Below, one piece after another: positions 30,920 to 43,690 of a stretch of 64,000 nt of DNA. Both the position numbers and the translations under genes were made by a program. Source of the stretch: the human T2T-CHM13v2.0 reference genome, Homo sapiens; the NCBI RefSeq assembly GCF_009914755.1, contig NC_060929.1; one strand, written 5' to 3'. Position 1 is the stretch's first letter. The number at the start of each line of letters is the position of its first letter. The notes below the pieces were generated by a model that searched no databases, had not been told where the DNA came from, and saw nothing but the letters and a program-made list of their open reading frames with translations.

Positions 30920-33332
30920 GCCAATAATTTTACAGTGGTGGATTTGGCTCTTTTGCCTGCACAGCTTCTGATCTTCCTTCATGTGGTAATATATACCGTG
31001 ATTTTCTTTGGTAGACTACCCTCCCCATTATATCTCTGTGTTTGAGCAGAGCCTAATCCACCCTAACCTGAGGCTCCTGGGGAGATGCATGGCCCACAAC
31101 ATCATTCCCTGACCACAAAAATGAGATCAGAGCCTAAGCAAGGGCTGAAGTCCAACAGATGAGAGCTCACTCAGATTTTTTTTCTGGAGCTATTGGAAAA
31201 GAAGATTTCTCTTTCCACTGGATTTGGTATGGTGGTAGGATATAAGCCAAGAGAAGCAGGTAGTCATCTTGGTATAAACAGGATTGAGCCTGCCAGAGAA
31301 TGAAGGCAGCCTCCAGAAATGTGACTGCAAACCTCAAGTGAGCACTTGGCCATGCCTGGCAATTCTTATATACAGTCCTGATCAATCTACTTTCTCATTT
31401 TCTGTGAGGTCCATTTCCTTTTTTCCCTTCATTTTCCATTTCCTTTTTCCTTCCTTTCCCAGCATCCAATACATTCCCCTCACCATCCACTGGCATCTGA
31501 TGATCCTGCCTTTTATTTCACTGTGAAAATAGAGGCAATCAGAAGAGCTTCCTCTGTCTCCAATGGCAAACCTATCAACATTCCAGATTCTTTAGCCATA
31601 TGTTTTTCTTTCTTTCATTACAATGATCTCTCTGTTCTCCCATCTAATAACAACTCCCTCTTCTGTGCATTGGATCTCAAATTGCAGAACCTACTACTCA
31701 AAGAGGTTGCTCCTGGATTTACCCCTTGTTGTCCTTCATTGCCAATGTTCTCTTCTCTGTTGTGGTATTGCTACTAGTTTATACGTTTTGTGATTTTCTC
31801 AACTTAAAAACACATATGCAAAAAAAATGCCTTCCCTTAACTATCATATCTTTCTTCAAGTTCTGCCCTATTTTGTTGTTGTCATCTATAGTGAACATTT
31901 TTCGTAATATTATCCACTCTCCCTGTTTCCTCAGCCTCTCCTCTCATTTCCTCTTTAACCTTCACCAATCAGGACTAGAATCCCCTCATCCCCTGAAATC
32001 ACTCTTGTCATGTTCTAATTTTCCACAATGTCTCAATAGCATTCGGCAGTTAATCACTCCTGCCCTCTTGACATATTGACTTCAGTTGACTTTGAAGACA
32101 TCTGTTTTTCCCTTGTCATTTGCTGTTTCTTTTTCATTTTTGTGGCTAGACCCTTTTTCTCTTCTACAGCAGGACTTGGTCCTAGCTCTTCTTCTCTTCT
32201 CCACTTACACTCGATGTGCATGGCTTTAAACATCGTCTTGCTACTCATGAATAATTACCATGTTTTTACTGTCATCCCTGACTTGTCCCCTGAGATGGTC
32301 TAATATGCATTTCTGTGAATCTCAGAATACACTCACAAATATTTTTTTCTGGTTAGATTCTGAAATATCATAGTCAATCTTCGTTCCTCTTTTTCTCTTA
32401 CACTGTACATCTAGTCCATTGGTAAGTACTGTTGGTCACAAATCTGACAACCTCGCTCTCTCTACCTTTAAGCGTTTTCTTTGTTCATCTCTCACTTGGA
32501 TAATAACCATAGCCCCCTAACTGAGTATCCTGTTCTCGGAGTGCCTTGTTTCCCTCAGACAATACTAATCAGCAGGCAGATGAGTTATTTTAAAATATAA
32601 ATCAGGTCATGTACTTCAGTGCTCAAAACCTCCAATGGTTTTGCATCAGTTTTGTAGGAAAACCCAAACTACTTACTCTAGCAACAAGTTCATACAGGTA
32701 CTAGTTTCTTTTCCCTCCCAAATTTCTTTTTTACCACTCTCACTCATTTGGCTACAACCAGGCAGAACTGCCTGATACTCCTCCAAATGCAGGTATGCTA
32801 TGTGCGCGTTCCAGCCCTGGCACCTGTACACCTGCTGTTCTCTTCACTTGGGCTGCTCTCCTGAAGGTATTTCTATGGCTCACCTCCTACTCATTGTCAT
32901 CTCCCTGATCTGTTCTAGTCCAGCCTCAAATCTCACTATAACTCATTTTTCCTTAACCTTATTTTATTGTTCCTCATAGCACTTATCACTCCCTATGATA
33001 TTATATATTTATTTGTTTACTGATTGTCCCTACCACTTGAACATAACTTCATGAAGGCAGAGCTATGTCTACCCTACCACTATGTACTCAGCACCAGAAT
33101 AGCATCTGACACGGAATGTGTATTCAACAGATTTTTTTTGAAAATATCAGTGAATAAATGAATGAATGAAAGCATCAAAGTTTCTGATACAACATTTGAG
33201 CACCCAAATCCAGCAATGCCAGAATGCAGCCCTCCCCACACATTCTCAAACACATGAATGAAAAGACCCTCTCTGATTTATATATAAGTTCAATTTCCTG
33301 TAACTTACAGCTGAAATAATTTTGGTACAGAC
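30920..33332 (+). mobile_element. Old MaLR LTR (MLT1K-like) split by an L2
   Basis: 5' part ends gagcctgccagagaatgaag (about 31320); 3' part resumes tttctgatacaacatttgagcacc (about 33171). Confidence 0.55.
31330..33170 (+). mobile_element. L2 (L2a-like), about 1.8 kb
   Basis: ttcactgtgaaaatagaggcaatcagaagagc...tcaggtcatgtac...ctcaaaacctccaatgg...gaataaatgaatgaatgaa tail. Confidence 0.8.
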
Positions 33333-33520
33333 AGTGATATCCTAGAACTGACTCACATTAGTTTATGAGCATGGAAAATACTCTCATTTCTTCCCAACTC
33401 CGCTTTCAGTTATATTAGTTTGAAGTCAAGTATATTGGGATTATTTATACGATGGGAACCAGCAAACTTACAAACTAGGGCTTTACTTTCTTATGGAGAA
33501 CTAGTTTGAAACATTTGCCA
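33332..33520. mobile_element. MER63-like (hAT-Blackjack) fragment
   Basis: atttatacgatgggaaccagcaaacttacaaactagggc resembles MER63. Confidence 0.5.
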
Positions 33521-35415
33521 GATATTTAAAAAATATCACTCTGGTTTTTATGTGGCGTGTAGATTCTCAGTATGAAGCATGTAGGCAGGGAGGAAAATTA
33601 TAAACAATCCAAGACAGATATGTAGCTTAGTGTCATCAGTAGAAATGATTGTACCTTGAAGGATCTATTTTGAAGGCTGAGCCAATAACAATGGAGGATA
33701 AATTGAGTGAAAGTACTGAGAAATCAAGAATGAGTTCTTGGTTGGTGATATGCACAGGTTGATAGTGATGACATTTACTGAGATGAGAAAGAACAAAGTG
33801 AAACCAATTTTAAAAGGACCTAAGCCTTTCATGTCAGAGAAATAGGATAGCAAATCCTTTCAGATAGTTGCTGTCGAGGCTAAAGAATAATGTATGGCAC
33901 ATTAGCACAGATTTTTAGCTCTAGGTCTCTTGCTGATTATATAAGTGATCCCAAGTATTCCCCTTAACCACACCCAAGAAAGTCTTATATTTTTTAATTC
34001 TTTATATAAGTGGACTAACTTGGGTTGTTTTGAAGGTTTCTTTCAGTTTTTCTCTTCTCTTATTTCCAGCAACACCTGCTTCTCCACAGTCCAACACTCA
34101 CAAGTTTCTGTTGTCTCACAAAAAGAGAACTCCTTGTTTCCAGAATCGGAGCTAGGTATTCTGTTCCTTCCCCTCTCATTTTAACTTATTTTGCATTTTT
34201 CTGTTGACCAGGCAACTGACTGAAAAACAGTTTATATACATTCATATCCTAGCTTTTCCAGCTGTGTAAGTTCATCCCTTTAACACACAGACTTGAAATA
34301 ATTTACTTTGTTCAAATTGGGTCTTATAATTGGAGAAGTATATTAGGAGTGTGTTTATATATGAGGGAATCATATGTACTTCTTATCTCTGTTGAAGGAT
34401 ATTTTCCAGTGGTCATATTTGTCCAAACGAAAGACCTCCCAAAATGGTATGGGTAGATATTTATAAAGAAGCAGGGTAAAAGGAAACAAAGTAAGAAAGA
34501 TTAATGAGTCCACCTTCAGGAGTAATGTGCTGCTTGCTTGAGAAAGAACCAAGTACTGTTAGTTCCAATAATGGTTCCATTAATCAAAACCTTGAAGTAA
34601 CTGCATAATCAGGCAAAGAAGCTAATGGATATTAACAAATTGCTGTACTCTCTCCTTTGCTGGTATCAGCAGTAAGGTCAGGGTCTTCTTTCTGTCCCAA
34701 AATATTATAGGTAGGGAAAAAGAAGCAATGTCTACAATTCCCAAGCATTGAAATCTGCCCCCAAAGAAGGCAGGGCAGTTTCTCAGATAGCACATAGAGG
34801 GAACTTTGCATATTCTGTACTCATCTTGGAGCTTTACACAGCACATTATAAAGTCTCGCAGTAAAATAACCTGTTTAATTCTGTTGCATCCAAAGTTTCT
34901 GAAATTACTTTGCTGTTACTACAACAATCTAGAATACACTTTGAGAAAGGTTCTGTTGAGTCTCTACAGCTTTGTTCACTTAATCCTCTCTCTAAGGATA
35001 AACAAGCTAGAATTATACTACTTGGGCTCCACAAGTCTCTATAGCATGGCATTTATATTGTCTTTATCTGAGCAGAGTGCCTGGTATGGAATTTGTGCTA
35101 AGTCAGTCTCAAAAATTATTAACTCAATTTGAATTACATTGAATCTTATCATTTGCCTGATGTGAATATAGATTGTCCATCTCTGTTTCTGTCAAAATGT
35201 GAAGTCATTTTCCCAGTTTAGCCAATCCCTATTTGAAGTCTCTCTTCTAAGAACATGTTTTGAACTTATTTAAAGTCTCTGCTTTGAGAAAATTCCACAT
35301 AGTTACTTCCTGGTTTAAAATCTAGAATTACTTTTTATTTATTCAAAACACTGTTTTTAAGCTTCATGGAAGTCTTCCTGGTCTTCATTGTTATATGGTG
35401 CTTATTTTGTTTCAG

Positions 35416-35461
35416 AGAAAAGCTGCCATTTTAAAGTTTCCAATTGGCTTCTTTGAAGATG
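35416..35461 (+). other. Candidate 46-nt exon ending in ATG (unverified)
   Basis: cttattttgtttcag|AGAAAAG...GAAGATG|gtgagt: consensus acceptor and donor in unique sequence. Confidence 0.35.
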
Positions 35462-37264
35462 GTGAGTCTTAGAGCAGCTTTCTTTGTTGTGGGAAGAATC
35501 TGACTGGCTTTTCTGAGGTGAAGCCTAGATACAGAGGTCCATAGCACTTGTGGGGACTGTGTAACATAATCTTGACAGCCTCCGAGCTCGGCTAGGGAGG
35601 AAGATTATTGTTTTCTATGGCTCAAATGAGCCTTTTGAGAGGGAAGGTATGGAAACCAACCTCTTACTTTTTGGAGAAGTTATTAGAAATTATCTGATAA
35701 ATTAAAATGGTACTACAAAAGTTTTGCTATCGAAAACAAAAAAAACAAGGGCCTTCAAAATGGAATTCATCATGAGGAAAGAAAAATCTAATTTGGTGAG
35801 GAAATAGACAGTTATGAAGAAAAAGCTAGTTTGGACAGCGACCAGCATCCTAGCACTTAGAACAAGCTTAGGGACACTGGCCGAACCAGTGAGCATAATG
35901 TAAAGAGCTTACACAGAGGCAGGGAACTGCAGAAACAATGGTGCAGCACAGAATCCTGGCAAATTATACTACGCGGACTAATTTTCAGTACTCACACTGT
36001 GTGGCAGTAATAGAAGCTCCTGTAAGTCAAACCCAGGAATCTTTCAGTAGAAAGATAACATTTTCTAATTATTTTGTGTGGAAATGGATTTAACCCACTT
36101 GGCTGGAGTAAGCCCCCAGTGGCCTGTAAATTTGAAGCAAGAGATTTGGGTAATTAATAGGCTTTTAAGAAGATATGTGACCTTATTCTGTATTTGTTGT
36201 TTTTCCCACCCCCAGAGTTGTTCCTATTGCTTCAGAAGTCTGACAACTTGGCTCTGTGCTCTTATACCCTGTCCTCTTCCTTGGATAATTTTAGTAAAAT
36301 ACCCTCCTGATGTTATTCAAGATATCCTGTTTCCTGTGGAAAGAATGCTTGCCTTTTAATTTTTTATTATTTTAACAGAAGAGCCTACTAAAAGCATGTG
36401 AGACAGCACAAAGAGGACATTTTTCACTAAAAAGTTTCCTTATCTGATAAAAGGGGGTAATGTCAAAATTCCTCCCTGTATTATCTAATATAAAAGCTTT
36501 TTTTAACCAAAGGAGTAATCTGTCTTTTTCATTTTCTCCAACATCTAGTAAAAATTCATACATATGTTAGGTATTCAAAAAATACTTGCTGGTTGATAAG
36601 AGAGCAAGAAACATGGAAGTAACAGAATGATGTTTATGCAGAAGGCAAACATGATAATGAATCCAGCCCTTGAACTTCCCAGGTGTCACCTAGCCTCTCC
36701 TGGCTTCACTTTTTCCTTTTGAATCGTTAGGGTTGACACTAAATTCTGGAGTACCATCTAGCACTGAAATTTTGAAGACCTAGGTTAAGTATAGTATTAT
36801 TTAAGGGATTTATATTTTGAACAAGTTTCCTTGTTATTACAAGATGACAAATTCTAAATAAAGAAGCAGTCCTTGGTTATTATTAATAGAAGTGTGCTGA
36901 TTTCCATTTAATTCCATTATTTATCCCCAAGACACATAATCATCAGATTCTCCAAGGTTGAAATACAAGAAAAATGTTAAGGGCAGCCAAAGAGGCCAAG
37001 TCATCTACAAAGGGAAGCCCATCAGACTAACAGCAGACCTCTCTGTGGAAACTCTACAGGCCAGAAAGATTGGGGGCCAATATTCAACATTCTTAAAGAA
37101 AAGAAATTCCAACCCAGAATTTTACATCCAGCCAGACTAAACTTCATAAGTGAAGGAGAAATAAGATTATTTTCAGATAAACGCATGCCTAGTGAATTTG
37201 TTACCACCAGACCTGCCTTACAAGAGCTCTTGCAAAGTATGAAAGTATGAAGAGTAAAAACCAT

Positions 37265-37341
37265 GGCACATGTATACATATGTAACTAACCTGCACATTG
37301 TGCACATATACCCTAAAACTTAAAGTATAAAAAAAAAAAAA
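37265..37341 (+). mobile_element. Very short 5'-truncated young L1PA (PA2-4-like)
   Basis: ggcacatgtatacatatgtaactaacctgcacattgtgcac...aaacttaaagtata plus poly(A); TSD AAAAACCAT at 37256-37264 and 37342-37350. Confidence 0.9.
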
Positions 37342-37987
37342 AAAAACCATTACCACCTACTACAAAAACACTGAAGTTCACAGACCAGGGACACTATAAA
37401 GCAACCACATACACAAGTCTGCAAAATAACCAGCTAGCATCATGATGACAGGATAAAATCCACACATAACAATACTAACTTTAAATGTAAACAAGCTAAA
37501 TGGCCCAATTAAAAGACATAGAGTAGCAAGCTGGATAAGAACCAAGAAAGACCCATTGGTATGCTGTATTCAAGACACCAATCTCACATGCAAAGACATA
37601 CAGGATCAAAATAAAGGGAGAGAGGAAAATTTACAAAGCAAAAGGAAAACATAAAAAACTAGGCATTGCAATCCTCGTTTCTGACAAAAGTACTTTAAAT
37701 TGGCAAAGATAAAAAAAGACAAAAGCATTACATAATAGTAAAGAGTTTAATTCAACAAGAAGAGCTAACTATTTGAAATATATATGCACCCAACACAGGA
37801 CCACTCAGATTCATAAAGCAAGTTCTCAGAGAGCTTCAAACAGACTTAGATTCTGATACAATAATTTTGGGAAATATTAATACCCCACCGACAATATTAG
37901 ACAGATCATTGAGACAGAAAATTAACAAAGATATTCAGTACCTGAACTCGGTTCTGGATCAAATGGACCTGATAGATATCTATCAGG

Positions 37988-38393
37988 CAGGAGGGAGGCT
38001 ATACCCTGCAAAGCCACAGAGGCAGAGCTTCCCAAGACCATGGGAACCCACCTCTAGCATCAGTGTGACCTGGAAGTGAGGCATGAAGTCAAAGGAGATC
38101 ATTTTGGAGGTTTAAGATTTCACTGGATTTCGGACTTGCGTGGGGCCTATAGCTGCTTTATTTTGGCCAATTTCTCCCAATGCTTGTACCGCATTGTATC
38201 TAGGAAGTAACTAACTTGCTTTTGATTTTACAGGCTCATAGTTGAAAAAGACTTGCCTTGTCTCAGATGAGATCTTGGACTGTGGACTTTTGGGTTAATG
38301 CTGAAATGAGTTAAGACTTTGGGGGCCTTTTGGGAAGGCATGATTGGTTTTGAAATGTGAGGACATGAGATTTGGGAGAGGTCAGGGGCAGAA
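37988..38393 (+). mobile_element. THE1-int 3' fragment
   Basis: accctgcaaagccacag...gtcaaaggagatcattttggag, then a purine tract just before the LTR. Confidence 0.85.
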
Positions 38394-38736
38394 TGATATG
38401 GCTTGGCTCTGTGTCCCCACCCAAATCTCATCTTGTAGCTCCCATAATTCTCACGTGTTGTGGGAGGGACCCAGTGGGAGATAATTGAATCATGAGGGTG
38501 GTTTCCCCCATATTGTTCTTGTGGTAGTGAATATGAATATGTCTCACAAGATCTGAGGGTTTCCGCTTTTGTTTTCTCCTCATTCTCTCTTGCTGCCACC
38601 ATGTAAGAAGCGACTTTCACCTTCTGCCATGATTCTGAGGCCTCCCTAGCCACATGAAACTGTAAGTTCATTAAACCTCCTTTTCTTCCCACTCTCATGT
38701 ATGTCTTTATCAGCAGCATGAAAATGGAATAATACA
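38394..38736 (+). mobile_element. THE1A/B 3' LTR
   Basis: tgatatggcttggctctgtgtccccacccaaatctcatcttgtagctccc...cagcagcatgaaaatggaataataca. Confidence 0.9.
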
Positions 38737-39498
38737 CTGATTATTAGAGAAATGCAAGTCAAAAAAATCAAAACCACAAGGAGACACCATCTCACGCCAG
38801 TCAGAATGGTGAATATTAAAAAGTCAAGAAACAACAGATGCTGGAGAGGTTGTGCAGAATAAGGAATGCTTTTACACTGTTGATGGGAATGTAGACTAGT
38901 TCAACTATTGTGGAAGACAGTATGGCAATTCCTCAAAGACCTGAAGACAGAATTAGCATTTGACCCAGCAATCATATTACTGGGTATATACCCAAAGGAA
39001 TATAAATTGTTCTATTATAAAGACACAGGAATGCATATGTTCATTGCAGCACTATTTGCAATAGCAAAAACATGGAATCAACCTAAATGCCCATCAATTA
39101 TAGACTGGATATAGAAAATCTGGTACATATACACCATGGAATACTATGCAGCCATAAAAAAGAATGAGAGCATGTCCTTTGCAGGAACCTGGATGGAGCT
39201 GGAGGCCATTATCCTTAGCAAACTAATGTAGGAACAAAAACCCAAATACTGTGTGTTCTCACTTATAATAAATTATGTGAACACATGGACACATAGAGAA
39301 GAACAACACACTGGAAGGTGGAGGGTGGGAAAAGGGAGAGCACCAGGAAAAATAAGTAGGCTTAATACCTGGGTGATGAAATAATCTGTACTACAAACCC
39401 CTATGACACACATTTACCTATGTAACAAACCTGCACATCCTGCACTTGAACCACTGAAAAGCTTAAAAAAAAAGAAAACTAAAAAATATTCCATTATT

Positions 39499-42400
39499 GT
39501 CAGAGAACATGCTTTGTTCCATTTTAACTTCTAAAAGTTTGTTGAGGTTTGTTTTATGGCCCCAAATATGGTCTATGTGCACTTGAAAACAATGTTTATT
39601 CTACTGCTGCTGGGTGGAATATGCTACGAATGTCAATTAGGTCTAATTGGTTGATGGTGTCATTTGGGTCTCTTATAACTGTTGATTTTTCTAATTATTC
39701 TGTCAATTACTGAGAAAGGAATATTGAGTACTCCAACTATTGTTGAGGTTTGTCCATTTTTCCTTTCTGTTTCATTAGGTTTGCTTCATGTGTTTCAAAT
39801 CTCTGTTGTTAGCTGCGTTCACATTTAGAAACTCATAACTTCTTGGAGAATTGACCCCTTTATCATTAAGTAATATCCTCTTTTTTTCTGGTAATATTTC
39901 TTTTTCTGAAGTCTACTTTTTCTGATATTAACATAGTCATTCCAAATTTGTTTTGATTCGTGGTTGCATGGTACGTATTTTTCTATCCTTTGTTTATACA
40001 GACATTTCTACATTTAAATCATGTTTCTTGTAGACAGCATATAGTTGGGTCTTGCATTTTTATCCAACTTGTTAACCTATCATTAGTTAGTGTATTAGAA
40101 CAATTTTAATTATTTATATTGTTGGATTTAAATCTACCATTTGTTTCATTTGCCTTTGTTCTTTCTTTTTGCCTTCTTTTGAATTAAGTGCTTTTTATTA
40201 TACTATTTTATTTCCACTATTGGTTTATTATTTATACCATTATTTCTAATTTCCTTAGTGGTTGTCTTAAGGTTTACAATGTGAATCTTTAATTTATCAT
40301 TGTTTACCTTCAAATAATATTACATGACTTCATACATTGTATAAGAACTTTATGAGTATATTTCCTGTGTCAATATCCTGTTCTTTATGGTTTTGTTTTT
40401 CTATGTTTTATTTTTACATATGTTGTAAATATATTAAACAAAACTAAATATAATATAAAAAGAAAATACTGAAAACTAAATATAACATAAAATATTGTGT
40501 ATATTTTATTCTAACATGTTTTCATATGTTAAAGTAAATGTCAAATATTTTTGTTTTATATCATTAATTGTCTTTTAGAGTGATTAAAATAATAAAAAAT
40601 GTCTTCTATATTTACCTTCATTTGAATATTTTCTAGAACTTTTTATTTTTTGTGTTTAGATCCAAATTTCTGTCAGGTATCACAGCCTTTTGAAGAATTT
40701 TATTTAACATTTATTATACCACATGTCACCAATAATACATTTTCTCTACATTTCTTTGTCTGAAAAGCCTTTATTTCACCTTAATTTTTGAAAGATATTC
40801 TTACTGAGTATAAATTTCTGGGTTGATTTTTTTTTCCTTTTAGTATTTTTAATATGTAACTTTATTATATTCTAGCTTGAAGTCAAATGACTTCTATCTT
40901 TATTCCTCTATATGTAATAGTGTAATAATTTTATAAATATCTTCAAGACTTTTTGTTTATATTACAATTAATTTTCAGCAGTTTGTATAGTTTTGATTTT
41001 TTTTTCTCCCTCTGCTTGAAGATTTCTGCATTTATTGGACCTATGGTTTGATGCCTTTGAATATTTTTGGAGCATTCTTGGCCACTCTCTCTTCAAATAC
41101 TTCTTAGGCTCCATTCTTTTTTTTTTTCTTTTTGAATTTCAAATTACATGTACGATAGATCCATTTACATTGTCAACAGACTCTTTAGAAACTGTATTTT
41201 TTCTGTCATGTTTCCTCTTTGTGTTTCAGTTTGAGTGATCTCTACTGACCTATCTTCAAATTCACCAATTATTTCTTTGACTGTGTTGAGCCTATTGCTA
41301 AGCCTGTTAAATAAATTCTTCATCTCCGATATTCTGTGTATTTGTCTTTTACTGCTGCTGTATCAAATCACTATAAACTTAGTGGCTAAAAAACAACACA
41401 AACTTATTATGTTACAGTTATGGAGGTCAGAAGTCTAAAATGGGTCAGCAGGACTATATTTTTTTTTCTGGAGGATTCAGGGAAGATTATGTTTCCTTGT
41501 CTTTTTCAGCTTCTAGAGGCTGCCTCCCTTACTTGGCTTGTGACTCCTCTCTTAGTCTTCATAGCTAGTGGCACACTATCTTCAAATCCCATTCCTTCTT
41601 TTTGATCTCTACTTCTGTCTTCCCATCTCCTTTTCTGACCTGACCTTTCTGCCTTCCTATTTTAAGGTTCTTTGTAATTACATTGGGCCCACCTGAAAAA
41701 TACAGAATAATCTCCCCATCTTAAGATCTTTAACTTAGTCACATCTGCAAAGTCCCTTCTGTCATGTAAGGTAACATATTCACAGGTTTTTCCGAACTAG
41801 GATATGGTTATCGCTGGGGGACCATTATTTTGTCTACCACATCCTAGTTTTAATTTCTAGCATTTTCATTTATTTTTTAGTTATAATATAATTAATTACC
41901 CATTTGCCCATGCCAATTCCCACCTTTTCCATTGTATCGTTTAACCTGTTAACCATACTTATTTTAAATGCTGTGATCAACAGTTCTAATAACTGGTTAC
42001 TCTCTGAGCCTTGTTCTTTGGTTTGCTTTGCCTTTTGACAATGGGTTGCTTTAGTCTTGCTTTTTTGTATGTATTATTATTAATGAAATTCCAGTCATCT
42101 TGTATAAAATAAAGGATACTGAGCTGAATAACATTTATATCAGGAAATAGTCATATTGCCCCTTCTCAGGCAATAAGTATAGAGAATTGAGTCAGTCTAG
42201 CCAGGAATTGAGTTCATGTGAAGTTTGTTGTTGCTAGTTTCTTTCAGTGTTCTACCAGTTTTTAATTTCCCTAATGATGGCTTGGGCTTAGGGTAAGGCT
42301 AGAGCTGCCGGAGAGTTTTTAACATTTTTTTTCTTCCACTCTAAGCTTTCAGACTTCCCTATATACCAGTGCACCAGCGGGACCTCTTCATGCTCTTGTC

Positions 42401-43290
42401 CCACTACTAGTGGTAGATTCTGTTGTTTTACGTGGTTCTTGCCAGGCTGGTGGTTAGGGTCAAGGTGTCTTCTGTGATCTATTATTGTTTCAGTTTTAGG
42501 CAGAACTTGTGTGCCCAGGGTTTCTCGTAAGTCCTGTCCTTCTTCTCCATTGCCAGAAGCCAAACTCTCCCTTATATATATAGTGTGGGAGAATAACATT
42601 CCTGCACCCAGTGGTATGAGACCTCTAATAGTATTACTATAGGATTGTGTACTCTGGATTTACTTTTTGCCCCTGCCTTATGGGTCTAATGCTGTTTTCC
42701 ATTTATTTTCTGTAATATTTCCTCTTAACCCTGACTCTTGGGGATTATAGAGTGTACTGTCCCCCTCTCAGATGCTTAAGACTTTGAGTAAAAAGCCAAT
42801 TTGAGGCTAGGGCTGATCTTTTGTCCACATTTGCAATGCCAACAGAGTCTTTCTATGGCCACCTGATGTGCCCCTAATCTTTCCCATGGGCATTGGTCAA
42901 AGTTCACAGAAAATAACCCGTGAGTAGGTCCAAACTCATTTTTGTCTGTGAATCCAGCAGGTCCATATTGTCACATTAGTCCATATTTGAGCTTTAGCAA
43001 TTTATAACAAATGTAACTGATACCTTTTAACCTATTTTTATGGTGGCCCCATGTTTTTCTTTTCCTCTCTTACAGATGAGGTCGTCTAGTGTCCCACTTC
43101 TCCTTGGGGGTGAGGTAGGGTATTTCTCCTTGGATTTCAGCCTACTTGATTTCTCTGCCAATCCACCTCTTTGAGGTGTAATGATAATAAATATTGTGAT
43201 TTTCCAGTTTATCCAGCTTTTCTTTTTTATTGTTTGTGTAGGAGGGATTGACATTCTTTCCAAATTAATACATTCTAAATAGAAGCAGAA
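39499..43290 (-). mobile_element. Old L1M (L1MC/ME-like) ORF2 to 5' region, interrupted by MLT1
   Basis: tttgttgaggtttgttttatggcc...tttcttgtagacagcatatagttgggtcttg...tctactgacctatcttcaa. Confidence 0.75.
41337..41841 (-). mobile_element. MLT1C/D MaLR solo LTR
   Basis: aaacttagtggct...gtcacatctgcaaagtccctt...accattattttgtctaccaca. Confidence 0.85.
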
Positions 43291-43419
43291 CTACCTATAA
43301 AATTATTTACTAAGAAAATATTGATGTTCTTTTCCAAAAGGGAGAAATGTTTTGGTGAACCATGTAATCTCATTCTTTTCAATTAACAGTCTTCCTAAGT
43401 AATAATAAAAATGATAATA

Positions 43420-43690
43420 CTGATGGTATTGAAGATGCTATTGATGAGTATGCCAGCTACATTTCATTAAGTGCTTACTGTGTTCCAGACGGTGAGCTAA
43501 GTGCTTTACATGCTTGATTTATTTTTAATACTTTCAGCAAACCTAGGGTATGGGTAATGTTATAATCATCCTCAGTCTACATATGGGAAAAGATGATTAA
43601 AAGTTTCCCAAGCTACTGATTAGAAGACCTAGTATTTAAGCCTGATACAGAGCCCCCTTCCAAGTTAATCCCCAGGTTATACCATTGCCT
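43420..43690 (-). mobile_element. MIR SINE
   Basis: taagtgcttactgtgttccagac...ctaagtgctttacatg. Confidence 0.7.

Larger units (their letters stand above)
36922..39487 (+). mobile_element. L1PA (old, about PA13-16) insertion with a large internal deletion
   Basis: ORF1 end and ORF2 start at 36922-37982, 3' end at 38737-39487; flanking TSD ATTCCATTATT at 36911-36921 and 39488-39498. Confidence 0.85.

Noticed and set aside
38228-38737. 169-aa minus-strand ORF
   Set aside because: Antisense reading of the THE1 LTR and internal sequence.
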